A stretch of 64,000 nt of DNA from positions 46,396 through 110,395 of IMG/VR virus record IMGVR_UViG_3300028394_002801; one strand, given 5' to 3'. A model generated the notes under the pieces. It did no database searches and had not been told where the DNA came from. It worked only from the letters and a program-made list of their open reading frames with translations. A program made the translations under genes and the position numbers. The DNA comes from a virus. This document shows positions 29,280-40,623 of this stretch, piece after piece (position 1 is the stretch's first letter; each line of letters begins with the position of its first letter).

Positions 29280-30128
29280 TTATTTAATGTAGCTTGATTC
29301 AATTATATTATTTAATTGACTTCTTAGATTAAGATCTGTATTATCATTTTTATCAACATTGTATCTAAAAAGATTACAACCTTCTTCACTTAAATGGCTG
29401 GTATGACCCAATATTGGAAATGATTTACCTACTATCTTTAAAAAATCTTCATATGATTCACATTTTTCATCATCTGGATGAAATGTGACAATTCTATTAC
29501 GTTTTTTAGTAGCAAAATAACCTGAAACTGCAAGATCGTCATCCCACAAATAATATTGCCTAATAAAGTCAAAAAAATCTTTTTCAAAAAATCTCCTTTT
29601 ATAGGAGATACTTTTATAATGTTGCAATATATCAACAATAGAATCTCTATTATTCCCTGAATAGAAATGGTCTCTTAAATCATTAAAAAATAATGATACT
29701 GAACCATCCTCATTTCTTGATTTTATACCATCATAACCAACAGGATTTTCAGGCCACTTTACTCGATTTTTTATATGTTCAGTTATTAAATTCTCATTAT
29801 AAATCATATCATCATCAACAACAATTATTATTTGTTCAGGATCAATAACTCTTTCTAATGTTGGTAGTAATTTTGTTATTGGACCAGTATCCTCTACTCT
29901 AAAAATTTTTAATTTATCATTATTACTATCCATTTCATTTAACCATTCAGGGAAAATGTATTCTTCATTTGTTCTCTTACAAACAAATGGGATATTTAAA
30001 TGAATTTCAAAGTTGTTGTATTTTTGATTTAATAAAGACTCTAACGCATACCTCATATCATACCCATATTGGCTATTTAATCTTGTTGGTATTGTTGTTA
30101 ATGTAAGTATAATTTTTTGCTCTTCCAT
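29280..30128 (-). CDS. GT-A-fold glycosyltransferase-like protein
   Basis: LTTIPTRL...DTGPITKLLP...IIVVDDDMIY. Confidence 0.7.
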   Translation of the reverse strand: MEEQKIILTLTTIPTRLNSQYGYDMRYALESLLNQKYNNFEIHLNIPFVCKRTNEEYIFPEWLNEMDSNNDKLKIFRVEDTGPITKLLPTLERVIDPEQIIIVVDDDMIYNENLITEHIKNRVKWPENPVGYDGIKSRNEDGSVSLFFNDLRDHFYSGNNRDSIVDILQHYKSISYKRRFFEKDFFDFIRQYYLWDDDLAVSGYFATKKRNRIVTFHPDDEKCESYEDFLKIVGKSFPILGHTSHLSEEGCNLFRYNVDKNDNTDLNLRSQLNNIIESSYIK

Positions 30129-30178
30129 AATATGTATAGTTAAATTTTAATAATTTTATATTTATTGTAAATGATATC

Positions 30179-31129
30179 TTATGTTAATTTAGTGAAATCT
30201 AATATTTTTATAGCTATATTAGCATTTGCCTTTATTGTCCCATTCTCAAGATACCATTTTCTACCATTTTCAGCAACAAAGTTAATATATTCATGGTCGT
30301 TTTTAACCTCATCATATCTTTTAATTACTCTATCTGAGAACTCTTCCCAAAAACCAGGGAATGGGTGACCACTATATTCTATTGGTATTTCATAATCATC
30401 AAAATCTACTGATATGTAGTGATAATCTGGGATTAGTTCATTATGAAATTTAGTAGTTAACTTTGTTCTAAATAATGCAGTACCTAACCCTAAAATTTCC
30501 ATATCCCTATAACATATTTCACCAGCGCCATTAATACTAAAATTTAAATTAAAACCATTTAACTCTCTTATATAATCACTTGGTGAAAGATAACTATTTT
30601 GTGTATTATACATATTAAAGCGATTATCACTTTCTAAAAATTTCCTAAAAAGATAAAGGTAGCCTCTAAATGTTAATTTTTCAGGGTATATGCGATTTGT
30701 TTTATTACTATATAAGGTTTCAATTAGCAATTCATTCTCTATGGTTGGACATGTGTATGAAAATGGCGTATATGTGCAATTTAGTGGTTTATAATAAATG
30801 TCATTTTTATGAACACCTGAACTTGTAATAATCTCAACACAATTTTCAATATCCCATAACGTCACATTAAATTTATTTATTACATCATCTAATTTATCCC
30901 AATATGAAATTAAGATATATTTTTTAGTCTCGGGATTTTCAATTATCATAAAATGTGGACCGTATTTTTGAGCATTACCCAAATCTACTTTATTCCTTAA
31001 TGGTGTGCTATTTATATGGTTAAATTCTATCTCTGGGTATTTTTCTAATAGATTATCATATATTTGTTTAAATGAACAAATATATGACCAATTGCAGAAA
31101 CCATCTTCAAAGTAAACATTTAATTTCAT
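30179..31129 (-). CDS. Glycosyltransferase-like protein (GT-B/exostosin-like C-terminus)
   Basis: FRG...YIREL...SINGAGEICYRDMEILGLG...LIPDYHY...AENGRKWY. Confidence 0.55.
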   Translation of the reverse strand: MKLNVYFEDGFCNWSYICSFKQIYDNLLEKYPEIEFNHINSTPLRNKVDLGNAQKYGPHFMIIENPETKKYILISYWDKLDDVINKFNVTLWDIENCVEIITSSGVHKNDIYYKPLNCTYTPFSYTCPTIENELLIETLYSNKTNRIYPEKLTFRGYLYLFRKFLESDNRFNMYNTQNSYLSPSDYIRELNGFNLNFSINGAGEICYRDMEILGLGTALFRTKLTTKFHNELIPDYHYISVDFDDYEIPIEYSGHPFPGFWEEFSDRVIKRYDEVKNDHEYINFVAENGRKWYLENGTIKANANIAIKILDFTKLT

Positions 31130-32013
31130 TATTTTAAGTGTTCAGGCATATTATATAAATTAGTACCCATATGTTTATCATAGTACCAAAATAGTTTATG
31201 TTTAAAGTCATCATTGTTAATTAAATTCTCTTCCTCAATTAATTTATAAATAAATTGAACTAATGGAGATAATGGACTTATTGACTGCCCATTTTCTGGC
31301 AACCAAAAACAACCATGCCTTATTATTTCATAATATGCAATTAAAAAATAATCCTGTCCATTAAATTCACTATGATTGAAGCATGATTTTAAATTACTTG
31401 ATGCACACTTAAAAGTATTATTTTCTTTTATTATTTGCAATGTGTTATCTAATTCATGTAAAGATATATTATTGTAAGTGTTTAATAAATTAAGTAATGA
31501 TTCTTTTTTCCAAATACATGGCTGTGTGCTAAATAAATATTGATGAGTATTTTTTCTTAAATACAAATTATCTTTAAATTTAGTATTAAAATTTGGAGTG
31601 TACTTATCAAGTACATTTATCCACCAAGATGTTACTTCACATAAATCATCTGGGCAAAAATAATCAATATTATCATTTTTTAATATATTGATTACTTCTG
31701 TTAAATCATCATATTTTGTTTCTGCAATAAAAAAATAATCATCACAGAAAAAGAAAATATATTCCTCTTTAATCTGGGGTAGAACATTTAGTAATGTTTC
31801 TGCAAAGTGTCCACCATTATTTTTAAAATTAACATTACCACTTAGATATGATACCTTATCTTCCAGTTGGAAATTATTGTCTTTAAATTTATTGCTAACT
31901 AAACTAACATTTAAACCTTCTTTTTTATTATGTTTAAAGAAGTTTTTAACTGCTAATTCACCTAATGAAACACTATTTTCATTTGTAAAAAATAAAAATC
32001 TTATATTATCCAT
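31129..32013 (-). CDS. GT-A-like glycosyltransferase
   Basis: EEYIFFFCDDYF, QPCIWKKE; likely start MDNIRF at 32013. Confidence 0.55.
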   Translation of the reverse strand: MDNIRFLFFTNENSVSLGELAVKNFFKHNKKEGLNVSLVSNKFKDNNFQLEDKVSYLSGNVNFKNNGGHFAETLLNVLPQIKEEYIFFFCDDYFFIAETKYDDLTEVINILKNDNIDYFCPDDLCEVTSWWINVLDKYTPNFNTKFKDNLYLRKNTHQYLFSTQPCIWKKESLLNLLNTYNNISLHELDNTLQIIKENNTFKCASSNLKSCFNHSEFNGQDYFLIAYYEIIRHGCFWLPENGQSISPLSPLVQFIYKLIEEENLINNDDFKHKLFWYYDKHMGTNLYNMPEHLK

Positions 32014-32017
32014 AACC

Positions 32018-32722
32018 CTATCTTTTATTATTGTGTTCATCCAACAAATAATAATGTAAATCAAATGATTCCATTGTAATATTATTACTTACCATATGTC
32101 TATATAAAATAGATTCAGGAGCCACAGAAGTCCCATAATTTAACCATGTATTAGGCAATTTATTATATAAATCAGAGTAAATATGCATCACATCTTTATT
32201 CCCATAAGCTATTTGGTCATTCATTGAACTATTCCAAGAACCTCGTAAAGGGCTATATATTGTATTTTCTTTTGGTTGTTGTAAAATTAAATCACTATTA
32301 AATAATATATCACCCCTTAACCTTATGATTAAATCATAATTTATACCACTATCTTCAACCATTTTCCCACATTTTTCTACTTTATACCACATACTTAACA
32401 TATTTTTACAATAAGGTGGAGGGGTTTCTCTATTATGGGTATATTTATTACTTTCTTCTTCAAAGAAATTATTTAATTTACTATATGACTCAAATTCAAA
32501 ATTTTTAGGTTTCAATTTATTCAAGACATCTTCTTTTATATCTTCAAGAATTTCATCATTATTTTTAATATCAAATTTAGTTCGGAATGTGCTAAAACCA
32601 TATATATCCCAAAAACTTAAATAAACATCAGAATCATATTTTGAAATTAAATGCTTAATGTTATTATCAACATTTTCTTTAAAATTTCTAAACATACCAG
32701 AGTAGCAAATAGCAATTTTCAT
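32018..32722 (-). CDS. Putative glycosyltransferase
   Basis: MKIAICYSGMFR...SMWYK...YDLIIRLRGD...NDQIAYG...PE, a family typical of viral glycan islands. Confidence 0.55.
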   Translation of the reverse strand: MKIAICYSGMFRNFKENVDNNIKHLISKYDSDVYLSFWDIYGFSTFRTKFDIKNNDEILEDIKEDVLNKLKPKNFEFESYSKLNNFFEEESNKYTHNRETPPPYCKNMLSMWYKVEKCGKMVEDSGINYDLIIRLRGDILFNSDLILQQPKENTIYSPLRGSWNSSMNDQIAYGNKDVMHIYSDLYNKLPNTWLNYGTSVAPESILYRHMVSNNITMESFDLHYYLLDEHNNKR

Positions 32723-32724
32723 AA

Positions 32725-33996
32725 TTATTTTAAATTAATTTCAACCTTTTCAGCCCAACCACGGGTTTCACTTAATCCCCAAAACACAACTTTGGTTGGA
32801 TTTTTATCTGTCATAAACATCTCCTCATAATGAATAGGTTTTCCATTTTGTAGGAAGTTTTTTAATCTATCATCATCAATAAATTTACTATTAATACCAA
32901 TACCATTCTCATCATCAAATGCTACTAATATGCTTTTATAATCATTTGCAGGTAATTGGTTTCTATCAATATTAACCAAATGATAAAATGAATACATAAA
33001 TGAATCCTCCCACTCTTTCTCATCTTCAATAACTGGATTTGGGGGAAATCTATTTTCTTTTGTGTATTTTTGAAATGATTTTTTCTTAAAATGTATTCCA
33101 GCATATTTCTCATAATCTCTAAGAGTTCTTACTGTACCTAAATCATATCCTGTTAAATCAAAACCATTATCTTCTGTTTGCAATAATTGCCTTATCTTTG
33201 ACCTCCCAATATCTTGTTGTTTCCACCACATATTATCACCACGTTTGCTTTGGTCATCCCAAACAAGTTTGCCATTCCTCTCTTCTCTCATTGTTGCGTG
33301 CCAAATAACAACTCTATGTGGGTGAAATAAATCATATCCATGTGTGAAACTACGCACACTCAAATTTATTTCTTCACCACTAAAATATATGTCTGGGTCA
33401 TGTTTTACATCTTTTGCCCATTTGTTTGGCCCAAATGCAAAATGACCGCTAAGAAATCTTGCGGGATAAGGCTTTGTTAAATTTTTCCAATTTGGGACAC
33501 CTGTTGGTCTAATGAATATTGTTCCATGTGGGTAAAAACTTGCAGCCTCAGATAACCAAGGCTCCATAACCCTCTTTTCTGGGTCATTGAATGGATCATA
33601 ATATGGTAAATATCCACAAATTATGGGGTTATAACCTTCCTTAACCAAATCTGCATACCAAGTTAATAATGTTGTGTCCCATCCTTTTGTGAATCTATGG
33701 TGAGCATCTAATTGTAATACAAAATCTTCATCTGTTAAAAGTTTTTCATTTATGATTGCTCTAGCATAAGGTAAACCTTTTGCCTCTGTATATAGCATAT
33801 CATATATTTTAAATCTTTTATCTTTTCTAAATTCATCCAAATTATCAAATTCATCATCAGGATGATATTGCCTACAAATACCAAAAACTAAATTTTTTGG
33901 ATTGTCTGCATTCTCTAATGCGTTTTTTATTGTTGGGATTAATTCAGGTTCTCTATATGCTGGTAAGTGAATTAAAATCTTTTTTGCCTTTGTCAT
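32725..33996 (-). CDS. GT60-like glycosyltransferase (second paralog)
   Basis: LPAYREPEL, GLPYAR, LQLDAHHRF, FSGEEINLSVRSFTHGYDLF; colinear with 25630-26886. Confidence 0.82.
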   Translation of the reverse strand: MTKAKKILIHLPAYREPELIPTIKNALENADNPKNLVFGICRQYHPDDEFDNLDEFRKDKRFKIYDMLYTEAKGLPYARAIINEKLLTDEDFVLQLDAHHRFTKGWDTTLLTWYADLVKEGYNPIICGYLPYYDPFNDPEKRVMEPWLSEAASFYPHGTIFIRPTGVPNWKNLTKPYPARFLSGHFAFGPNKWAKDVKHDPDIYFSGEEINLSVRSFTHGYDLFHPHRVVIWHATMREERNGKLVWDDQSKRGDNMWWKQQDIGRSKIRQLLQTEDNGFDLTGYDLGTVRTLRDYEKYAGIHFKKKSFQKYTKENRFPPNPVIEDEKEWEDSFMYSFYHLVNIDRNQLPANDYKSILVAFDDENGIGINSKFIDDDRLKNFLQNGKPIHYEEMFMTDKNPTKVVFWGLSETRGWAEKVEINLK

Positions 33997-34074
33997 ATGA
34001 TTTACATTATATAGAATATATAATTCATAATCATATAAAATAAATAATTGTCAATTTAATTTATAAATATATAA

Positions 34075-34114
34075 CAAAGAAAAAACCACCAATAGATAGG
34101 GGGTTCTTTCTTGT
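34075..34114 (-). terminator. Probable terminator after the fibre gene
   Basis: Minus strand: aagaaagaaccccc-tatctatt-ggtggttttttctttg, an imperfect stem plus a U tract. Confidence 0.45.
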
Positions 34115-34140
34115 TATTTTATTTGTGATAATTTAATCAT

Positions 34141-37100
34141 CTATACTTGTCTTGGAATAGTAGGTGGTAGTTCATTTATAATGAAATGATTTCTCCCTGT
34201 AATAGTATTATAAGCGGTATCATTTCGTAGGTTTTGATATATTGAAGGACGAATAGTATCACCTACATTTAATGATAATACAATTCTTGTTGTTGTTGTT
34301 GGAATTTTAACAGTTGAAGTAGTGTATGGCCAAAAGTTTGCAACAAAAATAGCCGTACTATTATTATAATTGATAATAGTTGCAAACTCTCTATCTAGTG
34401 CTAAAGGAGTAACATTATCAAGCATCATAGCAAATGAAATATCATAAATACCTGCACGAGGACAAGTAAATATTCCTGTTGTATTATTCCATGCACTAGG
34501 TGTATTATTAACAAGTGTGCTCCAATTAACTATCGTTGTTTCTGAATTATAGGGGATTGATTGTGCTGTGGCTTTATTTAATGATAAATAAACTGGTGTA
34601 ATCATAGTAGAGCCTGTAATAACTCTGCCAGCACTTGAAATACCCAAATTGGTTATAGATGTCCCTGAACCTATTGTGGTTATGTTTAATGTTGTTGCAG
34701 TTATAGCGTTAATATTTGTGCTACCTGTTGCAGTTAAGTTATTTATGTTAATTGAACTAGTCCAAGAAGTATCATAATCTGTGCTTGAATTTTTAACTAA
34801 TAGTTGGTTAATTGTTCCTCCTGTTTTTTGAAAAGAAGTCCCAGAAGTCCCGCTTGTGCCAGAAGTTCCGGTTGTGCCAGAAGTCCCGCTTGTACCAGAA
34901 GTTCCGGTTGTGCCAGAAGTCCCACTTGTGCCAGAAGTTCCGGTTGTGCCAGAAGTCCCTCTTGTGCCAGAAGTTCCGGTTGTGCCAGAAGTTCCGGTTG
35001 TGCCAGAAGTTCCGGTTGTGCCAGAAGTCCCACTTGTGCCAGAAGTCCCACTTGTGCCAGAAGTTCCGGTTGTGCCAGAAGTACCGGTTGTGCCAGAAGT
35101 ACCGGTTGTGCCAGAAGTCCCTCTTGTGCCAGAAGTTCCGGTTGTGCCAGAAGTTCCGGTTGTGCCAGAAGTTCCGGTTGTGCCAGAAGTTCCGGTTGTG
35201 CCAGAAGTCCCACTTGTGCCTGATGTACCACTTGTACCAGAAGTTCCGGTTGCGCCAGAAGTCCCGCTTGTGCCTGAAGTGCTACTTGTCCCACTTGTAC
35301 CAGAAGACCCTCCTGTACCAGAAGAACCGCTTGTACCCCCTGTGCCTGATGTACCACTTGACCCATTAAGCCCAGGTGCTCCTTGTATTTCACCCATATT
35401 AACCCACCCATCAACATTTGCAGCAGATGAAGTTGGGTCATATATATATAACTCTGATGTATCTTGTAATATGTATGTATCTAAGGGGTCTGGTGTTGGA
35501 TGGTTGGCTATCATATCTGCATAACTAGCCTCAACACCCTTTGGTGATAATGTCTGTCCATTATTACCTGAAACAACCATTAAAGACCATTTAGAGTTAA
35601 TGTCAGGTGTGGTCTCATTTATTGAAACATTTTCAGTAGCAATATAAACTCTATAAGGACTTCCAAATGTTACAACATTATTTTTAACATATGCACTAAT
35701 ATTTGACCATCCCCCAAGGAAAATAAGCCCTGATCCACTTGTACCACTTGATCCTGATGTTCCAGATGAACCACTTGTCCCATTTATCCCTGATGTACCA
35801 GATGAACCACTTGTGCCTGCTGTCCCACTTGTGCCTGATGTCCCACTTGTACCAGAAGTTCCGGTTGTGCCTGATGTGCCAGATGAGCCACTTGTCCCAT
35901 CTATACCTGATGTACCAGATGAACCACTTGTACCTTCTGTTCCACTTGTCCCTGAACTACCAGATGAGCCACTTGTTCCTTCTGTGCCTGATGTTCCAGA
36001 TGAACCACTTGTCCCATCTATCCCCGATGTCCCAGATGAACCGCTTGACCCTGATGTTCCATTTGTTCCGCTACTACCAGATGAACCACTTGTTCCATCT
36101 ATTCCTGATGTTCCATTTGCACCACTTGTTCCTGATGAACCAGATACTCCTATTTCACCACTTGTTCCTGATGAACCAGATACTCCTATTTCACCACTTG
36201 TTCCTGAACTACCACTTGCTCCAATAGAACCACTTGTGCCTGATGAACCACTAGAACCGCTTGCACCAGAACTTCCAGTTCCACCACTTGTTCCTGATGT
36301 TCCAGTTGTACCACTTGTTCCTGATGTGCTTGATGTTCCACTACTTCCAGATGTGCCACTTGTTCCATCTATTCCTGATGTCCCTGATGAACCACTTGTG
36401 CCTGATGTTCCTGATGTTCCAGATGTTCCAGATGTTCCAGATGTGCCAGAACTACCTGATGTGCCAGAACTACCTGATGTGCCACTTGTCCCATTTATTC
36501 CTGATGTTCCCCTTGTACCTGATGTCCCTGATGTTCCACTACTTCCAGATGAACCACTTGTCCCTGATGTTCCACTACTCCCAGATGAACCACTTGTTCC
36601 ACTACTCCCAGATGAACCACTTGTCCCACTACTTCCAGATGAACCACTTGTTCCTTCTGTGCCTGATGTTCCACTACTCCCAGATGAACCACTTGTTCCC
36701 AATGTTCCTAATGTTCCACTTGTGCCACTTGAACCATTTGTGAATCCAGTTATAGAGATGATTCCGCCATAATTTGTATATAATTCAATTGTTGTTGACC
36801 CTGAAAGGTATTCACCAGATATTATTTTGGTGTCAGTTCCCAAAAACTTAACCCAAGTTGCATTATCTCTTGTTGCGCCATCAACACCTTCAATGGTGGA
36901 TCCACTCCAAGCCGCAATGAAATTTCTTCCTGCTTCTGACCGTGTGTTTATTGTTGTTGTGAATGTTGTGAATGTGGCTGCTGATAATCCTGTTAAACCA
37001 CTTAATGCAAACCATAATTCCTCATAATTTGATATTGTGTGTTGATATACTGTTTTTGTTTCTTGAACATAAACTAACATACCCAATCTTCTTCTTCCTG

Positions 37101-37359
37101 ATGATATATTATCAGAATTTAATGTAAGTGTATTTGCCCTATAACCAACAGTATAATTTATTGGTATTGTATTACCTGTGTTAATTATTAAACCAGTTTG
37201 GTCATATGTTGAATAATTTAAGTCGCTTAGACTAAAAACCTCCATATAACCACCAATTAAACTGGCTGAAAACGTTGTCCCAAATACAGATGTATTTGAT
37301 ACAGTTTGTGGCCCACCTAATTGGGTATTTGAAATTGGATTTTTATATGGAAATGACAT
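34141..37359 (-). CDS. Collagen-like (Gly-Thr/Ser-Ser/Thr) fibre protein with C-terminal C1q-like domain
   Basis: Two Gly-X-Y tracts. [20 protein letters not shown] is a fibre motif; [15 protein letters not shown]...LSLNVGDTI is a C1q pattern. Confidence 0.78.
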   Translation of the reverse strand: MSFPYKNPISNTQLGGPQTVSNTSVFGTTFSASLIGGYMEVFSLSDLNYSTYDQTGLIINTGNTIPINYTVGYRANTLTLNSDNISSGRRRLGMLVYVQETKTVYQHTISNYEELWFALSGLTGLSAATFTTFTTTINTRSEAGRNFIAAWSGSTIEGVDGATRDNATWVKFLGTDTKIISGEYLSGSTTIELYTNYGGIISITGFTNGSSGTSGTLGTLGTSGSSGSSGTSGTEGTSGSSGSSGTSGSSGSSGTSGSSGSSGTSGTSGSSGSSGTSGTSGTRGTSGINGTSGTSGSSGTSGSSGTSGTSGTSGTSGTSGTSGSSGTSGIDGTSGTSGSSGTSSTSGTSGTTGTSGTSGGTGSSGASGSSGSSGTSGSIGASGSSGTSGEIGVSGSSGTSGEIGVSGSSGTSGANGTSGIDGTSGSSGSSGTNGTSGSSGSSGTSGIDGTSGSSGTSGTEGTSGSSGSSGTSGTEGTSGSSGTSGIDGTSGSSGTSGTTGTSGTSGTSGTSGTAGTSGSSGTSGINGTSGSSGTSGSSGTSGSGLIFLGGWSNISAYVKNNVVTFGSPYRVYIATENVSINETTPDINSKWSLMVVSGNNGQTLSPKGVEASYADMIANHPTPDPLDTYILQDTSELYIYDPTSSAANVDGWVNMGEIQGAPGLNGSSGTSGTGGTSGSSGTGGSSGTSGTSSTSGTSGTSGATGTSGTSGTSGTSGTSGTTGTSGTTGTSGTTGTSGTTGTSGTRGTSGTTGTSGTTGTSGTTGTSGTSGTSGTSGTSGTTGTSGTTGTSGTTGTSGTRGTSGTTGTSGTSGTSGTTGTSGTSGTSGTTGTSGTSGTSGTSFQKTGGTINQLLVKNSSTDYDTSWTSSININNLTATGSTNINAITATTLNITTIGSGTSITNLGISSAGRVITGSTMITPVYLSLNKATAQSIPYNSETTIVNWSTLVNNTPSAWNNTTGIFTCPRAGIYDISFAMMLDNVTPLALDREFATIINYNNSTAIFVANFWPYTTSTVKIPTTTTRIVLSLNVGDTIRPSIYQNLRNDTAYNTITGRNHFIINELPPTIPRQV
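34835..35383 (-). repeat. Gly-X-Y coding repeat tract 2 (GTS/GTT)
   Basis: 9/18-bp units such as gtgccagaagttccggtt. Confidence 0.92.
35728..36735 (-). repeat. Gly-X-Y coding repeat tract 1 (GTS/GSS)
   Basis: 9-bp periodic units such as ccagatgaa / ccacttgtt / cctgatgtt. Confidence 0.92.
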
Positions 37360-37361
37360 AA

Positions 37362-39773
37362 TTAAATTTTTATATTACCTTTTATATAAATATCATTTAA
37401 TAGTTTATTTGTGTTTGGTAAATTCAATAATGATAAGAATAATACTCTATATGTTCCTGATGGTATTGCTGCACCTGATGTTACTGTGACATTCTGTGAT
37501 GCAATTGAATCTGGAATTCCTTGGTCTGAATAATCTGTTCCACAAGGTGTAGAACCTGCATTTATAAACATATTGGTCATTGTATTACCAACCCCATCAA
37601 TAGGTATCCATATTGAGTAAAAGTATTTTATATCTGTGTTTATTTGGCTTGCACCCACTCTAATTGTTTCAAATGTATATTGATTTTGTGGGCATCCAAA
37701 TGAATCTTCTGAATAACTACTTGTTTGCTTTATTGCCCCACTCAAGAATATTGGTGGATATTTATAATTCCCTATATTGCTTGTAAATGCTGGATAATGG
37801 GCATATGCATTCATATTGTTTGAATAATTATCTTCATCTGGAACGCCATAGAATTGGTAGCCACCCCAAGTTGCAAGACTTTCATTTAACATATAATTCT
37901 CCAAAGTAACACCATCATCAAATGTTTGAGGTTCAGCAAATATATAAGCATAATATGCTCTTGCAGATGGGGTTGGGGTTATGTTTGGTGGTATTGGTTG
38001 GGCATCAGGGTTGAATGGATCAATTAATGAATATCTTGTTTTTAATAGATTAAAATTATGTCTTATTTGCCCAGCATTTAAAGGTTCAATATACATCCTA
38101 AATGCACTTAAATCACCCACCAAACTGCCACCAAATTCTTTTTCAAGAATAATATTTGTTGTTAATCCTAAATATGGTGTGTTATTTAATATATCTGTTG
38201 TTGATAGTTCTGGGTCTTGTATTAACTCATTGCTTGTGCAAGATGATAATGTTAAAGAATCCTTTAACCCTTGTGTTCCCCCACCTATGGAAATATTGAA
38301 AGGAACACCAATTTGCCTTTCTTTTAGAGTATTTAATGGTCTTGGGATAATTTCCTCAAAATTATCAATAATGAAGAATATTTTACCATTTATGTATATT
38401 CTTAAATTTCCATTTCTATAATTTTTTGTATTAATCCATGATTGGTCAAAGTTAACCACTTCAATTGAAGTATTTGTTTCTCCGCTTGTTTTTGGTAGTA
38501 TTAATTCAACACTTCTATCAGTTGTTGTTGCGGTATATTGACTAGATATTAATAAACCTAACCCTCCAAGTTCGTTTAAATCACAATTTTCAATTAATCT
38601 ATCTCTAACAAATACTGCATCAATCTGAACCCAATTTTCATTTTGAATATAAGTTGTATTTTTGAATTGGTCAAATATTCCTTTTGTTGAACACCATTGA
38701 TTTATTGTTGCTCCTGATGTTTCACAAGTTCCAGTTAGTGTATATGTTTTTACACAAACTATTGGATTTCCTGAATCACCGCTTAATTGGATTGATAGGG
38801 CATTTGAAACAGAATCATATAAGGGATTTGGTTCTGTGAATATGACATCTTTATCATAATTTGTCACCCCAGTTATGGGATAAACCTTATTGCAAGTTGA
38901 TGCTGAATAGGTGGATGCTGAATAAGTTGGATTACAATTGCAAGTATCCAAACAAGTAAGTCCTGATGTTGGTCTTGTATAATCACTATATGATATTGGA
39001 TGACCATCAGCAAAATGATAAAACTTATTTTCAGCCCTTGCTCCAAGATAGAAGAATGTTCCTTTATTTTTTGGATATCTAACATTCAAACCATTTGTGT
39101 CACCTGTCCATCTATATTTAATTAAAAACTCTGCTGTCCAACCAAGTTCAACTCTTTCTGGGAATATTTCATAATTATATCCAAATATTTTATAAAATCC
39201 TTGGTAAAACCCACCATTCAATTCTGCATATCTTCCAATATTTTGTTGTGTTTTACCTGTTAAATTATATGTATAACTATTGTCATTATAAATCCTATTT
39301 GTTGATGTGGTGATACCTGATATTGGATGTAACTTTAATCTTCTATCATACTTTAATCTATTATATTTATCTACTGAATTTGTGTATAATCCAGTATTAA
39401 TTTGAATGGTTTCACCTGAAAAATTTAAAGTTAATCCATTGTCAATTCCTGTTAGTCCAACATCACATATTGAAAATCTATTTTGATATGTATTTGCTGT
39501 TAAATTATAATTTTCTGGATTATAATAATTTTTTGAAATAATAATATCATTACTAAAAACTCCACAATTTATACAAATTGATGTTTCTGAATTATTTAAA
39601 TCAAAATTGAATGGCATTCTATTGCCATCATCTTCAGCAATTAACTTGGATGAGAATACAGTTTCTGTATCATAATTCAACTCATCTGATGTCAAACTTA
39701 TATCAATAATCTCATTCACAGGTCTAAACCCAATCTTATTGAAATTATACTGACTAATATTTTGATAACTCAT
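37362..39773 (-). CDS. Large virion structural protein, LamG-like elements
   Basis: GWTAEF...LRIYING...ISIGGG...FRMYIEPL; co-oriented with the fibre gene. Confidence 0.6.
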   Translation of the reverse strand: MSYQNISQYNFNKIGFRPVNEIIDISLTSDELNYDTETVFSSKLIAEDDGNRMPFNFDLNNSETSICINCGVFSNDIIISKNYYNPENYNLTANTYQNRFSICDVGLTGIDNGLTLNFSGETIQINTGLYTNSVDKYNRLKYDRRLKLHPISGITTSTNRIYNDNSYTYNLTGKTQQNIGRYAELNGGFYQGFYKIFGYNYEIFPERVELGWTAEFLIKYRWTGDTNGLNVRYPKNKGTFFYLGARAENKFYHFADGHPISYSDYTRPTSGLTCLDTCNCNPTYSASTYSASTCNKVYPITGVTNYDKDVIFTEPNPLYDSVSNALSIQLSGDSGNPIVCVKTYTLTGTCETSGATINQWCSTKGIFDQFKNTTYIQNENWVQIDAVFVRDRLIENCDLNELGGLGLLISSQYTATTTDRSVELILPKTSGETNTSIEVVNFDQSWINTKNYRNGNLRIYINGKIFFIIDNFEEIIPRPLNTLKERQIGVPFNISIGGGTQGLKDSLTLSSCTSNELIQDPELSTTDILNNTPYLGLTTNIILEKEFGGSLVGDLSAFRMYIEPLNAGQIRHNFNLLKTRYSLIDPFNPDAQPIPPNITPTPSARAYYAYIFAEPQTFDDGVTLENYMLNESLATWGGYQFYGVPDEDNYSNNMNAYAHYPAFTSNIGNYKYPPIFLSGAIKQTSSYSEDSFGCPQNQYTFETIRVGASQINTDIKYFYSIWIPIDGVGNTMTNMFINAGSTPCGTDYSDQGIPDSIASQNVTVTSGAAIPSGTYRVLFLSLLNLPNTNKLLNDIYIKGNIKI

Positions 39774-39828
39774 TTATAATTATATTACGATAAATAGTAT
39801 TTAATTGATATTTATGATAAAAAGTAAA

Positions 39829-40623
39829 ATGATAAATATTAACGAAGAATATTTTAATTCACCATATTATTTTTTAATTAGAGAAAAGATTGATAAATAT
39901 TCATTATATTTCTCAATAAGCAATACATTATCAGAAGCAAGAGATAATGATGAAGTAATTCACTTTGATAAAAAAAATATTAAAAAAGTAAAAAACCATT
40001 TAAACAAAATGGTTAAGGGGAAGAAACCCACAACAAAAAAGAAGTTGAAGAAAGAACTTGAAGAATTGGTTGGGGATGATGGGTCAATGCTAACATCAAA
40101 AGTTCCAATTCTAAATAATACCCAGCATACACATAGAACAATGGACCAGATTGTTCCAGCAACAAGGCAAACAAATGACCCTGTTACTCGTGGATACAGA
40201 ACTTATTATGGTGAAAGTATTGAGGATGAGATATCTGAAGTTGATTTATCTGGGGCATTTGGCTATGAGGAAACAAAGAATATGGATGGCAAGAAGACCT
40301 ATAAACACCTTGTGGATAAACTTGGTATTGAACCTGATGAGGCAAAGCAAAGAACAAAAGAATTTGGCAAGGATCCATATGGAAAAATCACAAAAAAGAA
40401 AAAGAAGGGGTCAATTGATAAGATGACCTTATCTGAATTTAAAAAAGGAAGCATCTTAAAGATGGTGGAGGATTTACTTGTAAATAAGGGAAATGATAAT
40501 GATATTCAAATATCAAAGGATGTTAATCCAATTGTCAAAAAAAACATTAAAATGTTAAAAACCCAAGCAGAAAAGAATGGATTATCCTTAAATGATTTAA
40601 TAAAAATGTTAAAAAGTGAATAG
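39829..40623 (+). CDS. Hypothetical protein (possible head-associated)
   Basis: Likely start MININE at 39829 after the GATATTTAT motif; the ORF track starts it at 39805. Confidence 0.6.
   Translation: MININEEYFNSPYYFLIREKIDKYSLYFSISNTLSEARDNDEVIHFDKKNIKKVKNHLNKMVKGKKPTTKKKLKKELEELVGDDGSMLTSKVPILNNTQHTHRTMDQIVPATRQTNDPVTRGYRTYYGESIEDEISEVDLSGAFGYEETKNMDGKKTYKHLVDKLGIEPDEAKQRTKEFGKDPYGKITKKKKKGSIDKMTLSEFKKGSILKMVEDLLVNKGNDNDIQISKDVNPIVKKNIKMLKTQAEKNGLSLNDLIKMLKSE

Noticed and set aside
34797-36772. PEVP/PDVP-rich and CARSS-rich ORFs
   Set aside because: They are antisense or alternate-frame shadows of the Gly-Thr-Ser repeats.
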